NCBI GenBank assembly: GCA_051005475.1
Contig: JBPCJI010000080.1
Coordinates: 1 to 40,098, forward strand
Length of the DNA: 40,098 nt
Source: Thermoleophilaceae bacterium
GTDB taxonomy: Bacteria; Actinomycetota; Thermoleophilia; Solirubrobacterales; Thermoleophilaceae
Direction: 5' to 3'
Shown piece by piece: positions 1 through 7,772 of the stretch. Each line of letters opens with the position of its first letter. Within the stretch, counting starts at the first letter, position 1. Made by a program: the position numbers and the translations under genes. The notes below the pieces were generated by a model that did not search any database, was not told the DNA's origin, and saw only the letters and a list, made by a program, of their open reading frames with translations.

Positions 1-506
1 CCGCGGAAGAAGAGCTCCTCGGCAAAGGGCGCCACGATCATCACCATCAGGCCCGCGGCGACGAGCCCGAAGGTGCCCTGGTCGGCGCCGAGGTCATCGG
101 TCACGCCCTGCTCGACGTCCACCGGGACCAGCACCGAGTAGATCCCAGCGACGAGGTAGAAGCAGACGATCCCGCCCACCGCCCAGCCGAGTGCGCGCCA
201 GAACCGGGTCCGGCGCAGCCCGAAGTGCCAGGCCTTCGGCTTCCTCACGAATCCCGCGAAGAGGACGGCGGTGGCCACGAAGACCGCCGCCTGCGCCAGC
301 GTGGCGAGAACCACGAAGGTTGGCGAGTCGCCTTCGCCGTCTGCTCCGACGATCGCGGCCGCGATGCCCACCAGGAGCAGCGTCCCGGTGATCGCCACGA
401 GAAAGCCAACGCCGGCAAACCAGGGGGGCCACGCCGGGGGGCGCTCGACACCCTCGGGGCGCTCGGGCAGCTCCGGGGGAGCGGGACTCGGGGCGAGGTT
501 CTCCAC
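1..506 (-). CDS. CPBP-family intramembrane protease (CAAX-protease/Abi-like), partial; the C-terminus lies beyond the left edge
   Basis: My own translation of the minus strand from GTG at 504-506 gives VENLAPSPAPPELPERPEGVERPPAWPPWFAGVGFLVAITGTLLLVGIAAAIV...GTFGLVAAGLMVMIVAPFAEELFFRG. It has several hydrophobic helices and the EExxxR motif (EELFFR) characteristic of CPBP proteases. It is not in the ORF track because no stop lies inside the window. An in-frame TAA at 519-521 leaves GTG 506 as the only possible upstream start. Confidence 0.7.
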   Translation of the reverse strand, partial: MENLAPSPAPPELPERPEGVERPPAWPPWFAGVGFLVAITGTLLLVGIAAAIVGADGEGDSPTFVVLATLAQAAVFVATAVLFAGFVRKPKAWHFGLRRTRFWRALGWAVGGIVCFYLVAGIYSVLVPVDVEQGVTDDLGADQGTFGLVAAGLMVMIVAPFAEELFFR

Positions 507-513
507 GGGAGGC

Positions 514-1203
514 TTAGATTAGGGAGGTGAGCTCTTCGAGCGACCGAATCGCCTCGACCCCGCCGGATGCGAGACCGTCTCGTGCCATCAGCACCGCGCG
601 GAGTCCGGCGGCGCGGGCGCCCGCCACGTCCTTGTTTACCGAGTCCCCAACGTGAAGGGCCTGCGCCGGGCTCACCCCGGCAATCTCGAGTGCCGCCCGG
701 AAGACGGCGGGCGAGGGCTTGGCCTCGCCCACGACGGCCGATGAGACGGCGCCGTCGAGCAGCTCGGCGAGGCCCGTCCGCGCAAGCCAGTAGGGCAGCG
801 AGCAGTCCCAGTCGCTCGCCACGACCAGACGCACACCGCGTGCGCTCAACGCCCGCAGCGCGGGCGCAGCGTCAGGGTAGGCCCGGAACTCGAGCGCCTC
901 GAGCATTGCCCGGCGCACCGTCGCCGCGTCGAGGCGCGGCTCGCCCAGCGCCTCGCGCAGCACCGCCGCGCAGTCATCGCGCAGGGCGTCAAGCCCCGCC
1001 TCGTCGCCCCCGCGCAGGTGGTTTGCGCGGTAGTGGGCGATCTCGGCGGCGAACCCCTTGGCGGCGGCCTCCTCGCCGACGTCGACACCCGCCAACTCGC
1101 GCAGTGCCTTGCGCAGGCGCGGGGCGGGCGGCTGCAGCTCCACGAGCGTTCCGAGCGCGTCGAGGAGCACGCCCCGGACCGGGGTGGCCACGGACTTCGC
1201 CAC
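514..1203 (-). CDS. HAD-superfamily hydrolase, subfamily IA (haloacid dehalogenase-like)
   Basis: 229-aa ORF. Motif I is VLLDALGTLV (DxxGT, the haloacid-dehalogenase-like variant). Later motifs are KPSPAVF and HVGDSVNKDVAGARAAG. The GTG start at 1203 directly abuts the stop (1204-1206) of the upstream gene. Confidence 0.85.
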   Translation of the reverse strand: MAKSVATPVRGVLLDALGTLVELQPPAPRLRKALRELAGVDVGEEAAAKGFAAEIAHYRANHLRGGDEAGLDALRDDCAAVLREALGEPRLDAATVRRAMLEALEFRAYPDAAPALRALSARGVRLVVASDWDCSLPYWLARTGLAELLDGAVSSAVVGEAKPSPAVFRAALEIAGVSPAQALHVGDSVNKDVAGARAAGLRAVLMARDGLASGGVEAIRSLEELTSLI

Positions 1204-2568
1204 TCAGGCCACCCAGTACCAGCCGGCGAACTGAGTCACGAAGAGGCCGAGGACCACCGCCGAGGCAGCCGCCACCGCGGCGGTGATCCTGCGCTCCTCA
1301 CACACGAGAGCGAGCCACATGAAGACCGGGAACAACACGACGAGGAAGCGCGGCAACGACATGAGCGGCTGCGGACCCGCCGGGTAGCTCAGCGGCAGCA
1401 TTAGCGCCGTGACCACGTAGGCGCCGTAGGCGAACGGCAGCCGCCGCAGGACGCCCACCGCAGCGGTCACGGCAAAGGCCAGGAATCCGAGCAGGAGAAG
1501 GTTGTGCGCGGCCACGCGGAACGGGTCGCCTCCGGCGGCCTCGAAGTAGACCACCTCGCGGGAGCCCGAGAGCAGCTGGCGCGTGCCGTCCCATGCTGCG
1601 ACGAGGCCCTCCCACGCCCCACCGAGCGGGCCGGCGAACTCACGCGCCCAGAACTCCTGCGCCGAGGAGAAGGCCAGTGGGTCGTCGTAGGCCACGCCGA
1701 GGTAGGTCATATAGGCCACGAGGCCGGCGGGCGCAAGCAGCAGCCACGCGGCGTCGGCGCGAAGCGCGTGCACCGGCGAGAGCGAGGAGAGCCAGCCGCG
1801 TCCGGGCCTTCCCGTCTCCCCGGGGCGGTCTCCCCGGGGCCCGTACAGATAGATGATCAGGAGCGGCACGAGCAGCAGCACCCCGGCGCTGCGGGTGCCC
1901 GAAGCGGCCGCAGCCGCCAACCCGGCCCACGCCCACCTGCCGGTGCGCGCGGCGTAGAGCGCGCCGACGGACACGAACAGAAAGAGGCTCTCGGAGTAAG
2001 GGGCGCCGAGAAAGAGCGAGGCGGGGAAGGCGCACAGCAACACCAGCGTGGGCGCGGCGAGGCGGCGTCCGAGCTCGAGCGTCACGAGCCGGTGCAGGAG
2101 GAGAAGCGCTCCGGCGAGCGCGGCGAGCGCCACGAGGTACGAGGCGACGAGGGTGGCGCCGCGCGAGCCGCCCCCGAGCTCCCCGAGGCCCCGCACCAGC
2201 AACGGGTACAGCGGAAAGAACGCGCTGCGTGGGGAATCCGCCTCGCCGTAGCCCGAATCGGCAATGGTCAGGTACCAGACGGCGTCCCAATGCGCCAGCG
2301 GCGACAGCAGCGTGTCCCCAAGCCCGCCGAGCGGGTGGGTGAGCGCGGGGGCGTCGAAGCGCTCCGCGTTGCGCCCGGGGATCCCGCCGGCCCCGACGGC
2401 CAGCCCCGCGTACACGGCCACGGCGAAGATCGCCAGGCGGCTCCACAGGAAGACACGCCAGGCCGCCCGAACGGACTCGGAGGCCACCGCGGCGTTCGTT
2501 GCCCTCCGGGCCCGCGCACGCACCCGGGTGCCCGGCGACGGTTCCCTGGAAGTAGCCTGAGGAGCCAT
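1204..2568 (-). CDS. Polytopic membrane glycosyltransferase, PIG-V-like mannosyltransferase family
   Basis: The ORF track gives 1204..2667. The protein is multi-span and hydrophobic, with the HWDAVWYLTIADSGY motif typical of PIG-V-type mannosyltransferase family proteins. The first 33 codons of the tracked ORF overlap the divergent MscS gene, so I place the start at ATG 2568 (MAPQATS). GTG 2523 is equally possible. The 5' end is uncertain. Confidence 0.7.
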   Translation of the reverse strand: MAPQATSREPSPGTRVRARARRATNAAVASESVRAAWRVFLWSRLAIFAVAVYAGLAVGAGGIPGRNAERFDAPALTHPLGGLGDTLLSPLAHWDAVWYLTIADSGYGEADSPRSAFFPLYPLLVRGLGELGGGSRGATLVASYLVALAALAGALLLLHRLVTLELGRRLAAPTLVLLCAFPASLFLGAPYSESLFLFVSVGALYAARTGRWAWAGLAAAAASGTRSAGVLLLVPLLIIYLYGPRGDRPGETGRPGRGWLSSLSPVHALRADAAWLLLAPAGLVAYMTYLGVAYDDPLAFSSAQEFWAREFAGPLGGAWEGLVAAWDGTRQLLSGSREVVYFEAAGGDPFRVAAHNLLLLGFLAFAVTAAVGVLRRLPFAYGAYVVTALMLPLSYPAGPQPLMSLPRFLVVLFPVFMWLALVCEERRITAAVAAASAVVLGLFVTQFAGWYWVA

Positions 2569-3349
2569 GGCGGTGGCCGATCTTTCCATGGCGGCGTCCT
2601 TCGTGGAAAGGCACTCGGACGAGATCACCGCTGCGGCCACGGTGGCCCTGGCCCTCCTGCTCGCCAAGCTGGTCGACCACTCGCTGCTTCAACGCGGCCG
2701 AAAGCTCGGGGAGGTCGTGTCCGGCGGAACGCTCTCGCCGGTGGCCGACACCCGGCTCCGGCTCGTGCGCCGGCTCGTCTTCGTGACCATCATCGTGATC
2801 GGCGTTGCGCTCGGCCTCGCACAGTTCCCGTCGGTCAAGCGCGTGGCCACCGGGGTACTCGCCTCCTCCGCCGTGCTCGGCCTGGTCGTGGGCTTTGCCG
2901 CGCGCCAGACCCTGGCCAACGCGATCGCGGGGATCCTGCTGGCGATCACGCAGCCGATCCGGATCGGCGACCTCGTGACCTTCGAGGAGCAGACCGGCCA
3001 GGTCGAGGACGTGCGCCTGACCTACACCTACCTCCGCTGCGATGACGGCCGGCGGCTGATCGTTCCCAACGAGCGGCTGGCTCAAAGCTCGATCTACAAC
3101 CACACGATCATCGACCCAAGCCTGCAGATCGAGGTCTCCATCTGGCTCGAGCCCGGCTCGGACGTGAACCGGGCGCTCGAGACGCTGTCGGCGGAGGAAG
3201 GGGTGGAGGCCCGTGTGGCCGACGTGGAGAAGGATGGCGTCCGGCTGGCTGTGACCAGCTGGACCGCCTCCGCGGAAGAGCGCGGGCGAGTGGCAGCGCG
3301 CCTGCGACAGGAAAGTCTCCAACGCCTGCGAGACGAGTCTTTATCCTGA
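2567..3349 (+). CDS. Small-conductance mechanosensitive channel (MscS family)
   Basis: 260-aa ORF with N-terminal TM helices followed by GLVVGFAARQTLANAIAGILLAITQPIRIGDLVTF, the classic MscS TM3/beta-domain signature. ATG 2567 and the divergent ATG 2568 are the two readings of one CCATGG, so at least one start may really lie further in (Met8 at 2588 is an alternative). Confidence 0.85.
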   Translation: MAVADLSMAASFVERHSDEITAAATVALALLLAKLVDHSLLQRGRKLGEVVSGGTLSPVADTRLRLVRRLVFVTIIVIGVALGLAQFPSVKRVATGVLASSAVLGLVVGFAARQTLANAIAGILLAITQPIRIGDLVTFEEQTGQVEDVRLTYTYLRCDDGRRLIVPNERLAQSSIYNHTIIDPSLQIEVSIWLEPGSDVNRALETLSAEEGVEARVADVEKDGVRLAVTSWTASAEERGRVAARLRQESLQRLRDESLS

Positions 3350-3382
3350 AGCGCTCGGGATGGTCTTGTCCAGCCCGCTCCT

Positions 3383-5542
3383 ATGACCACGATGCAGCGG
3401 AAATCAAAGCGCAAGCGTAATCGGGGACGCAACGGCTTCCTGCTGTCTCTGGGGGCGCTCGTGGTCATCGTGCTGATCGCAGTGGCCTCGGTCGTCGGCT
3501 ACGTCCTCGCGGTCGCGGGCTCCGCGCCGGCCCTCTCGACGCTCAAGCCGAACGACAAGGGCGAGAGCTCGGTGATCTTCGCGGCCGACGGATCGCGGCT
3601 GGGATACGTGCAGTCCGACGAGATCCGCACGCCGGTGCCGTGGCGCTCGATGCCGCGGGACATTCGCCAGGCCGTCGTGGCGATCGAGGACGAGCGCTTC
3701 TACGAGCACAAGGGGGTGGACTACTCGGCGATCATCCGTGCCGGAGTGAAGAACCTCAGATCGGGCAAGAACGTGCAGGGCGGCTCCACGATCACCCAAC
3801 AGCTCGTACGCGCTCTCTACATCAAGGATCCCAGGCGTAACTTCAAGCGCAAGATCCGGGAGGCGAAGCTGGCATCCGAGCTCGAGAAGAAGCACTCCAA
3901 GCAGTGGATCCTGATGAACTACCTCAACGACGTGCCGTTCGGGACGGTCAACGGACGCACGGCGATCGGCATCGAGGCCGCCGCCGAGACCTTCTTCGAC
4001 AAGCACGCCGCCGAGCTGACCCTGGCCGAGGCGGCGCTCCTTGCCGGGCTTCCCCAGGCGCCGTCGCAGTACAACCCCTTCCGTAACCCCACCGCGGCAC
4101 TGCAGCGCCGCGGCGAGGTGCTCGACAGGATGGCCGAGAACCGTTTCATCACGCAGGCGGAGGCCGACCAGGCTTCGGGGCAGCAGTTGGGGCTCAAGCG
4201 CGGCACCCGCTACACGCGGCGTCGCGAGCCCTACTTCTTCGACTACGTACAGGAGAAGCTGATCGAGGAGTACGGGGTGGGCGTCTACCGCCGGGGCGGC
4301 CTCAAGGTCTACACCACGATCGACCCGCAACTGCAGGCCGCCGCCCGCAAGGCGATCCAGGGCCAGCTGCCCAACCCGTCGGACCCCAGCTCGGCGATCG
4401 TGTCGGTGGACCCGGCCAACGGCTATATCCGCGCGATGGCATCGAGCGGCGCCTACACGGACCGCCGCTTCAACCTCGCCGCCCAGGGCCATCGCCAGCC
4501 CGGCTCCGCGTTCAAGACCTTCGTGCTGGCCGCCGCGATCCGCAGGGGGATGAATCCCGCCACCACCACCTATACCTCGCGGCCGCTCAGCCTCAACGTG
4601 CCGGGCTTCGGACCATGGAAGGTGAAGACCTACGGGAACAGCTACGGCGGCACGATGAACCTGGTGCGCGGCACGCTCACGTCAGACAACACGGTTTACG
4701 CGCAGCTGATAGTCGACTTGGGACCCCAGGCGGTGAAGCGGACCGCGCAGCTGATGGGGATCACCACCAAGCTGGACGGACTCCCCGCCGAGGGCCTCGG
4801 TGGACTGCGGCTGGGCGTGACGGTCCTCGAGATGGCCAACGCCTACGCCACGCTGGCCTCGGGCGGGATGCGCAACGAGCCGAAGGGGATCAAGAAGGTG
4901 GTCTTCCCCGACGGGAAGACCGGCGACCTCGGCAAGCCCAACCGCAAGCGGGTCCTCTCCGATGGACAGGCGTACGAAGTCACGAAGATCCTGCGCCAGA
5001 ACGTGCAGGCGGGCACCGGCACGCGCGCGAGCATCCCCTGCCCCGCCGCCGGGAAGACCGGCACCACGGACGCCTTCAACGACGCCTGGTTCGTGGGCTA
5101 CACACCCAAGCTCGCCACCTCGACGTGGGTCGGCTTCCCGAACGCGCTCCAGTCGATGCCGGGGGTGGCCGGCGGCACGATTCCCGCGGGCATCTGGCAC
5201 GACTACATGGTGGTGGCCAAGGGCAGCAGCTGCGAGGACTTCGCCGAGCCCGCCGAGCCGCTGCAGTTCAAGCCGTTCTTCGGAAAGTACTCCCGCACCG
5301 GGCAGAGCGGAGGCGGCAGGTACTACGGCAACAGCGGGGGCACCTACTACTCGCCACCACCGACCGGCCCGGGTGACAACTCCGCCGGCGGCCAGGACTA
5401 CCGTGGATACGACCCGCGGCTGTACGACGCGCCACGCCAGCAGGCACCGGAGCCTCCCGCCGCGGAACCCACGCCCAACCCTCGTGGTGTGGATCCGGAC
5501 TCGAACGCGCCGAGTCCCGACGATCCGAACTTCCAGCCCTAG
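3383..5542 (+). CDS. ponA: Class A penicillin-binding protein (bifunctional transglycosylase/transpeptidase, PBP1A-type)
   Basis: 719 aa with an N-terminal membrane anchor. GT51 motifs: EDERFYEHKGVD, GGSTITQQL, RKIREAKLASELE. Transpeptidase motifs: SAFK (SxxK), SDN (SxN), KTGT. The C-terminal tail of about 110 aa is low-complexity and rich in Pro/Gly/Tyr. Confidence 0.95.
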   Translation: MTTMQRKSKRKRNRGRNGFLLSLGALVVIVLIAVASVVGYVLAVAGSAPALSTLKPNDKGESSVIFAADGSRLGYVQSDEIRTPVPWRSMPRDIRQAVVAIEDERFYEHKGVDYSAIIRAGVKNLRSGKNVQGGSTITQQLVRALYIKDPRRNFKRKIREAKLASELEKKHSKQWILMNYLNDVPFGTVNGRTAIGIEAAAETFFDKHAAELTLAEAALLAGLPQAPSQYNPFRNPTAALQRRGEVLDRMAENRFITQAEADQASGQQLGLKRGTRYTRRREPYFFDYVQEKLIEEYGVGVYRRGGLKVYTTIDPQLQAAARKAIQGQLPNPSDPSSAIVSVDPANGYIRAMASSGAYTDRRFNLAAQGHRQPGSAFKTFVLAAAIRRGMNPATTTYTSRPLSLNVPGFGPWKVKTYGNSYGGTMNLVRGTLTSDNTVYAQLIVDLGPQAVKRTAQLMGITTKLDGLPAEGLGGLRLGVTVLEMANAYATLASGGMRNEPKGIKKVVFPDGKTGDLGKPNRKRVLSDGQAYEVTKILRQNVQAGTGTRASIPCPAAGKTGTTDAFNDAWFVGYTPKLATSTWVGFPNALQSMPGVAGGTIPAGIWHDYMVVAKGSSCEDFAEPAEPLQFKPFFGKYSRTGQSGGGRYYGNSGGTYYSPPPTGPGDNSAGGQDYRGYDPRLYDAPRQQAPEPPAAEPTPNPRGVDPDSNAPSPDDPNFQP

Positions 5543-6573
5543 TCCACCTGCGCTTCTACCGCGGGTCCATTCCCGCGGCGCTCCAGCGTCACGGCGGCGG
5601 CCACGTAGAGCAGCTCGACCAGCGTCTGCAGGATGCGGAAGGCCACCGCGATGGCGGCGGCTACGGCGCCGGGCAGGACCACGGCCATGGATGCCGCGAG
5701 CGCGGCGTCCCGCGTGCCGATCCCGCCCGGCACGATGAACGTGAGCACGGCGACGCAGAACGCCACCGGGTAGGAGGAGGCTATGTAGGGCAGGTCCGAC
5801 AGGTCCACGGGGTGCAGCGCCGCCGCGAAGGCGAAGAGGCCGAGCCCGATGGTGGCCCAGCAGACGAGGTAGGCCAGGCACAGCTGCAGGACACGGCCGA
5901 AAGGCAGTACCCGCGGGAGCGGCTCGCGACCGAGCTTTCGCAGCGCGAAGTCGGCCAGCGGCGCGAACACTCGCGGGTGGGCGACCACGAGCACCGCCGG
6001 AATCAGCACGAGCACCGCAAAGCGCGCCGGCCGGCCTTCGAGCTCGGGTAGCTCGATCACGAAGTAGGCGCCCACCATGACCGCGGTGGCGAGGGCGAGC
6101 GCCAGCTCGTAGAGAACGCTCGCCAGCGTCACCCGCTTGGGCACCCCGAACCGCTCGGCCATGACGACCCTCCCCACCACCATCAGCACGTTCGTCGGCA
6201 CGTAACGGGCGATCAGCGACTTGCCCCACACCGCACGGCCGGGAAGCGGGTCGATGTGCTCCCCGAGCGAGTGGATGACCACGCGCCAGAGCTCTCCCTG
6301 GAGCGTGTAGAAGAGCACCACACAGGCGATCGCCACCGCGAGCCATCCCGCGGAGAAGCGCCAGTCGAAGTCGGGGAGCTGATTCCACTGCCGCGCCACG
6401 AAGAAGATCAGGAAGCCGAAGATCAGCGCCGCGAGCCCGTACTGCAGGAGTGCCTTCCTGCGCGGACTGGCGCTCTCGGCCGAGGAGACGCCGGCGGCTG
6501 CCGCACCGAGGCGCTCGAGCAGCGACGCCGAACCCTTCTCCCTCTCGGCGTCGGGTACCCGCGAGGCCTTCAC
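5539..6573 (-). CDS. Flippase-like / lysylphosphatidylglycerol-synthase TM-region family membrane protein
   Basis: 344-aa polytopic ORF. The C-terminal [14 protein letters not shown] motif is typical of the LPG_synthase_TM (UPF0104) family. Function is unknown. Confidence 0.65.
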   Translation of the reverse strand: MKASRVPDAEREKGSASLLERLGAAAAGVSSAESASPRRKALLQYGLAALIFGFLIFFVARQWNQLPDFDWRFSAGWLAVAIACVVLFYTLQGELWRVVIHSLGEHIDPLPGRAVWGKSLIARYVPTNVLMVVGRVVMAERFGVPKRVTLASVLYELALALATAVMVGAYFVIELPELEGRPARFAVLVLIPAVLVVAHPRVFAPLADFALRKLGREPLPRVLPFGRVLQLCLAYLVCWATIGLGLFAFAAALHPVDLSDLPYIASSYPVAFCVAVLTFIVPGGIGTRDAALAASMAVVLPGAVAAAIAVAFRILQTLVELLYVAAAVTLERRGNGPAVEAQVD

Positions 6574-6590
6574 CGGTTCAGACTGTACCC

Positions 6591-7556
6591 ATGGCGGAGC
6601 TGGAGCTGATCGCAGCGATCGAGCGGGCGCTCGGCCCCCCCGGCGAGCGTGTGGTCCGCTGGGTGGGCGACGACGCCGCCGTCGTGCGCGCGCGACCGCT
6701 TGCCGTCACCTCGATCGACGCGGCAGCCGAGGGGGTCCACTTCGAGCTGGCCACCCACTCCTTCCAGGACGCCGGGCACAAGGCCCTGGCCGCCGCCCTC
6801 TCCGACCTCGCGGCGATGGGCGCGGACACGGGGGAGGCATACGTCTCGCTCGCGCTGCCTCACGACCTGGCGGCCGCGAACGCCCTCTCGCTCGTCCAGG
6901 GAATGGCAGCCCTCGCCGAACGCACCGGCACCACGATGGCCGGTGGAGACATCGTGAGGTCCGGCGCGCTGGTGATCACCGTCTGCGTGACGGGCTGGGC
7001 CGACAGCGAGGACGAGCTGGCCGGCCGAGACGGTGCGCGTCCCGGCGACGTCGTGGGCCTCACCGGGGACCTTGGCGCCTCGGCTGCCGGCCTGCTCGTT
7101 CTAAGAGGGCGCGTGCCGGCGCTCTCACCCGCCGACGCCGAGCACCTCGCCCACCGCCACCGACGCCCGGAACCGTGCCTCGCGGCGGGCCGGGCGATCG
7201 CCGCCGCCGGGGCCACGGCGATGATCGACCTGAGCGACGGGCTCGCGACCGACGCCAGGCACCTGGCCGCAGCCAGCGGGGTGCGGCTGTCGCTAGACCT
7301 GCTTGCGGCACCGCTGGCGCCCGGCGTACGGGAGGCCGCCGAGGCGATCGGGCGTGACCCGCGCGAGCTGGCCGCAACCGGCGGTGAGGACTACGAGCTG
7401 CTCTTCACGGTCGCGCCGGAGCGGTGGGGACCCATCGTGGCCGCCGCAGGCACGCCTGTGACCCGCCTAGGCAGTGCCCTCGAGGGCCACGGCGTCGAGC
7501 TCACCGGGACGGCGGGGCGGGTCCTCGAAGAGATGCGTGGGTACGAGCACCCGTGA
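6591..7556 (+). CDS. thiL: Thiamine-monophosphate kinase
   Basis: The tracked ORF 6450..7556 starts with a 47-codon Arg/Pro-rich extension that overlaps the divergent gene. The homologous protein starts at ATG 6591 ([14 protein letters not shown]...WVGDDAAVV...[11 protein letters not shown]). It has the AIR-synthase-related fold with the GGD and DLSDGL motifs of ThiL. Confidence 0.9.
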   Translation: MAELELIAAIERALGPPGERVVRWVGDDAAVVRARPLAVTSIDAAAEGVHFELATHSFQDAGHKALAAALSDLAAMGADTGEAYVSLALPHDLAAANALSLVQGMAALAERTGTTMAGGDIVRSGALVITVCVTGWADSEDELAGRDGARPGDVVGLTGDLGASAAGLLVLRGRVPALSPADAEHLAHRHRRPEPCLAAGRAIAAAGATAMIDLSDGLATDARHLAAASGVRLSLDLLAAPLAPGVREAAEAIGRDPRELAATGGEDYELLFTVAPERWGPIVAAAGTPVTRLGSALEGHGVELTGTAGRVLEEMRGYEHP

Positions 7557-7754
7557 GGGCGACACGGGAAGGGGCGGGTGCCCCCACGACCGGCGCAGTA
7601 TCGCCTCCGCCACGGCGTCCGCATCGACGGAGTAGTTACCGCTGTCTATCGCGATGCGTAAGCGTGTGTTCATGTCCAACGCATCGGCCGGGATCCTCAC
7701 GTAGATGAGATTTGCACGATCCCACTGGACGCCGAACCTCGGGTGCGGACCCAT
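7467..7754 (-). CDS. Small hypothetical protein with a FlgM-like (anti-sigma-28) C-terminal helix motif
   Basis: 95-aa ORF with SD AGGGAG 6 nt upstream of ATG 7754, lying 18 nt after the stop of the upstream co-oriented gene. It contains [21 protein letters not shown], which resembles the FlgM family signature (AI..G.Y.VD...IA..L). Local GC dips and rare codons occur (TTA, ATA, ACA). The last 30 codons overlap the thiL 3' end. Confidence 0.4.
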   Translation of the reverse strand: MGPHPRFGVQWDRANLIYVRIPADALDMNTRLRIAIDSGNYSVDADAVAEAILRRSWGHPPLPVSPSRVLVPTHLFEDPPRRPGELDAVALEGTA

Positions 7755-7772
7755 TCGGCGCTCCCTGGCGTG

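Noticed and set aside
94-530. The tracked ORFs at the left edge (94..432 minus, 191..391, 225..530 and 271..522 plus, 245..451 minus).
   Set aside because: All are low-complexity. A different minus-strand frame, open to the window edge, encodes a convincing CPBP protease N-terminus with an EELFFR motif.
2565-2570. Divergent genes apparently sharing the start codons ATG 2567 (plus) and ATG 2568 (minus) within one CCATGG.
   Set aside because: This is most likely an artefact of taking the longest ORFs. Divergent genes need promoter space, so one or both real starts probably lie further inside (for example GTG 2523 for the minus-strand gene, Met8 at 2588 for MscS).
6450-6590. N-terminal extensions given by the longest-ORF track: thiL from 6450, kinase from 10178, rpsF from 16220, RDD protein to 23746, acetyltransferase to 25291, sugar dehydrogenase to 27190, aminotransferase to 29376, polyprenyl synthase to 34036 and hemL to 38796.
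   Set aside because: The extensions are Arg/Pro-rich and overlap the neighbouring gene. Each is replaced by an internal start that matches the family N-terminus and often forms an ATGA, GTGA or TGATG coupling with the upstream stop.
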